From Octopus sinensis (Eukaryota), in assembly GCF_006345805.1 (NCBI RefSeq), contig NW_021833417.1:66019-130018 (forward strand): DNA of 64,000 bases, given 5' to 3'. This document shows positions 61,808 through 64,000 of the stretch, one piece after another (positions within the stretch are counted from its first letter, which is position 1; the number at the start of each line of letters is the position of its first letter). The position numbers and the translations under genes are program-made. The notes beneath the pieces are model-generated. The model was not told the DNA's origin and did not search any database. It was given only the letters and a program-made list of their open reading frames with translations.

Positions 61808-62913
61808 ATGTGGTATTCCTCATGGGGGTTTGACGACATTGAATTATTAGAAGATAAAATAATTTTTTCGAGTCATTTTATAATTGATAAATTATTCAGA
61901 ACTAAAATCTCCTTCTCGACGATTTTTTATAGAACTCAAGAACGGCAATAAAATTTGGACTGTCTCCTTCAACGAAACAAATCCGAACATTCCCCTCGTA
62001 CTTGTACATGGCTATGCCGGTTCAATCGGAATTTGGGCCTCAAACTTTGACAATTTATCATTCGACCGTCCGGTGTATGCTTTTGATCTGATCGGCTTCG
62101 GATCGAGCAGTAGATGTGATTTCCCAGCTGACCCACATGAGATTGAGAGTTTTTTTATCTCCACAATTCATGAATGGACATGTGCCCTCAAATTGGAAAG
62201 ATTTCATTTGCTTGGTCACAGCTTTGGTGGCTATCTTGTTTATTTCGAAAGTAATAGTCTAGGCTACTCTGTATTGGGTCAAATATCCGAATAGAGTGGC
62301 CGAACTGATCTTGGCTGATCCGTGGGGATTTGATTCCAGACCAAGCGACGACGAAATCAAGCCTCGGCCTTCTCTGGTCACCAGATTTATGTACAATTAC
62401 GTCAACTCGATGTCACTTTTAAGAATTTTTGGTATTTTCGGTTGCTCATGAAAAATACTTACGAAACAATTTAGGAAATTACATATTGAATTACTCTCGG
62501 CCAAGATTAATTACAAATTTTGAGCAAGCGGGTTATCCTCGAATGGGAGAATATATATGCATGTCTAACGGGCATTCCAACCCATGGTTTCCTTCCGTGG
62601 CTTTATTTTAGTGGGGAATATGCATTTCATGGACTGACGACGCTCTATAACTATGCTCTCAATCCATTAGCGGGGAGAATCGAGGCATATAAAGATAAAT
62701 TTAGTGCAGCCTTTATCTATGGGGATATGTCTGGGATTAGTCGAGTTTCAGTTAAAATTATGGCTCAATCGCCGGATTATAATATTACATTATACGTGAG
62801 TGGTTTTCTGGAATTTGCAGACATTGAATGGGGCAGATCACCATTTGTATTTACATCCGGACTTTGATGGCATTGTTAATAATATCTGCCGGGGGAAGTG
62901 CTATTCCGTTTAA
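61808..62913 (+). CDS. ABHD4: ABHD4-like hydrolase, copy 2
   Basis: Duplicate of 28153-29258. Confidence 0.85.
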
Positions 62914-63520
62914 TTATAGTCCTGCCATTCGATTATTAATGTAATGGACTGGTGCAAGCAATTGCTTTCATATGCAGTTTTATTTCTTAATTTGTCCGAT
63001 ATTTTAATGGTCTGAAATCAAGAAATTAGTAAATTTTATAAAAAACTTGTTGGGAAAAAAGAGGAATGAAATAGAAAGCATGAAATGTTTTTTGGAAGAT
63101 TCATACTTTTACCCACTGCAAAGATGTAAGAATTTTGGGTGGTTTTCGTCGTCCTTTGAGTAGAGGGTTTTTAGAAACCTTGAGAAATTGAATTTAGCTA
63201 AAGAGAACAGTAGAAGTAGGTGTGTTTTCTGACTGAAACAAATCTATTGCAACGTCTGAGGAATACTGTGGCAGGACAAGGCACATTTTGAAAAGTTTGG
63301 TCATGAAATTGTTGTGATGTAATTTATTTATGGGTAGGAAAAACGTCAAGACAGGAAAAATTATTTCATTTATCCCATTAAAAGTTAAACATGTCAAATA
63401 TCAAGTTGAACAAAAAGAAGAGCATTTCGAAAATGATTTTTCCCTAATCTTTAAATAAAGCTTTTCTTATAAAACACAAAAATAAACAAGAAACGCCAAT
63501 TTACTGAAACTCGAATAGTT

Positions 63521-64000
63521 TTAATTATTAAAGGATCCATAATCGTCGCCAATCAAATTTAGCGAGTCTGCAGACACAACGAAGGGTCCCTCTTGTCTGG
63601 ACACACCCGGAGTGACCACAGTCAAGTAATACTGCACTAATCAGTGGACACCAACCTTGGGGACATAGAGAGAACATCGTGCACTCAATGCTTTGTAGCA
63701 CGTCTCGATTGCCTTCTTCACATCCTCCTCCGATCCATTCGGGAAATTGGGAACTTGGCGCAAAATGGATTCGGACATTTGGCGGGCAAAAGCAGTGTCG
63801 ACCACGTCATTTTCAAAGGAGACTCCTCGTTCGTTGACCATCCCCAAAAACCTTGTCATGTCGAGGAAACATACTTTGAGCCATCAGGGGAGAACCCGGC
63901 GACAGCGAAGGCACACAAAATAGGCTTGAGTTTACTTCTGCGCATATAAAGGAATCTTTCCAGATATGAAAAGAGCATTTTCACGTCGACCGAATGCCCG
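63521..64000 (-). CDS. PSMB4: PSMB4, copy 2 (5' part outside the window)
   Basis: Duplicate of 29866-30345 with three SNPs in the last intron. Confidence 0.85.

Larger units (their letters stand above)
54655..64000 (+). repeat. Near-identical second copy of about 20998-30345 (offset about 33655 bp), running to the window end
   Basis: Same hAT tail, LRR, TIM22, protocadherin, ABHD4 and PSMB4. The first ~2 kb carries many 1-nt indels; after that I saw only a few SNPs. Confidence 0.98.

Noticed and set aside
1-64000. Alternative genetic code or stop readthrough to explain the many short ORFs
   Set aside because: Almost all internal stops fall inside 23-30 nt GT-AG introns, and splicing restores conserved proteins with the standard code.

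Overview
AT-rich, gene-compact animal genomic DNA. I could delimit more than 60 spliceosomal introns by eye; most are 23-30 nt and a few are 31-62 nt, so the ORF track breaks most genes into pieces. Tiny introns together with metazoan genes (posterior Hox, ONECUT, protocadherin, tetraspanin) point to a dicyemid mesozoan, a parasite of cephalopod kidneys (inference). Host genes: tetraspanin, a LAMP/CD68-like mucin, posterior Hox, CIR1, V-ATPase H, an LRR protein, TIM22, a protocadherin-like gene, ABHD4-like, PSMB4, FPP synthase, CK1-gamma, a Cys-rich single-pass protein, a secreted receptor L-domain protein and ONECUT. Roughly half the window is transposon-derived: Tc1 (one intact DD35E copy), pogo/Tigger, hAT, RTE, CRE, I/Jockey-like and R4/Dong-like elements, several of them nested. 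54655-64000 repeats about 20998-30345 almost exactly and is probably an allelic haplotig. Scattered single-base deletions in homopolymers suggest long-read assembly error. The most striking observation is a Buster/SPIN-type hAT with TIRs and a perfect 8-bp TSD whose transposase carries three host-sized 25-30 nt GT-AG introns; a second, different hAT also has one. Mobile DNA here appears to gain and carry tiny introns.
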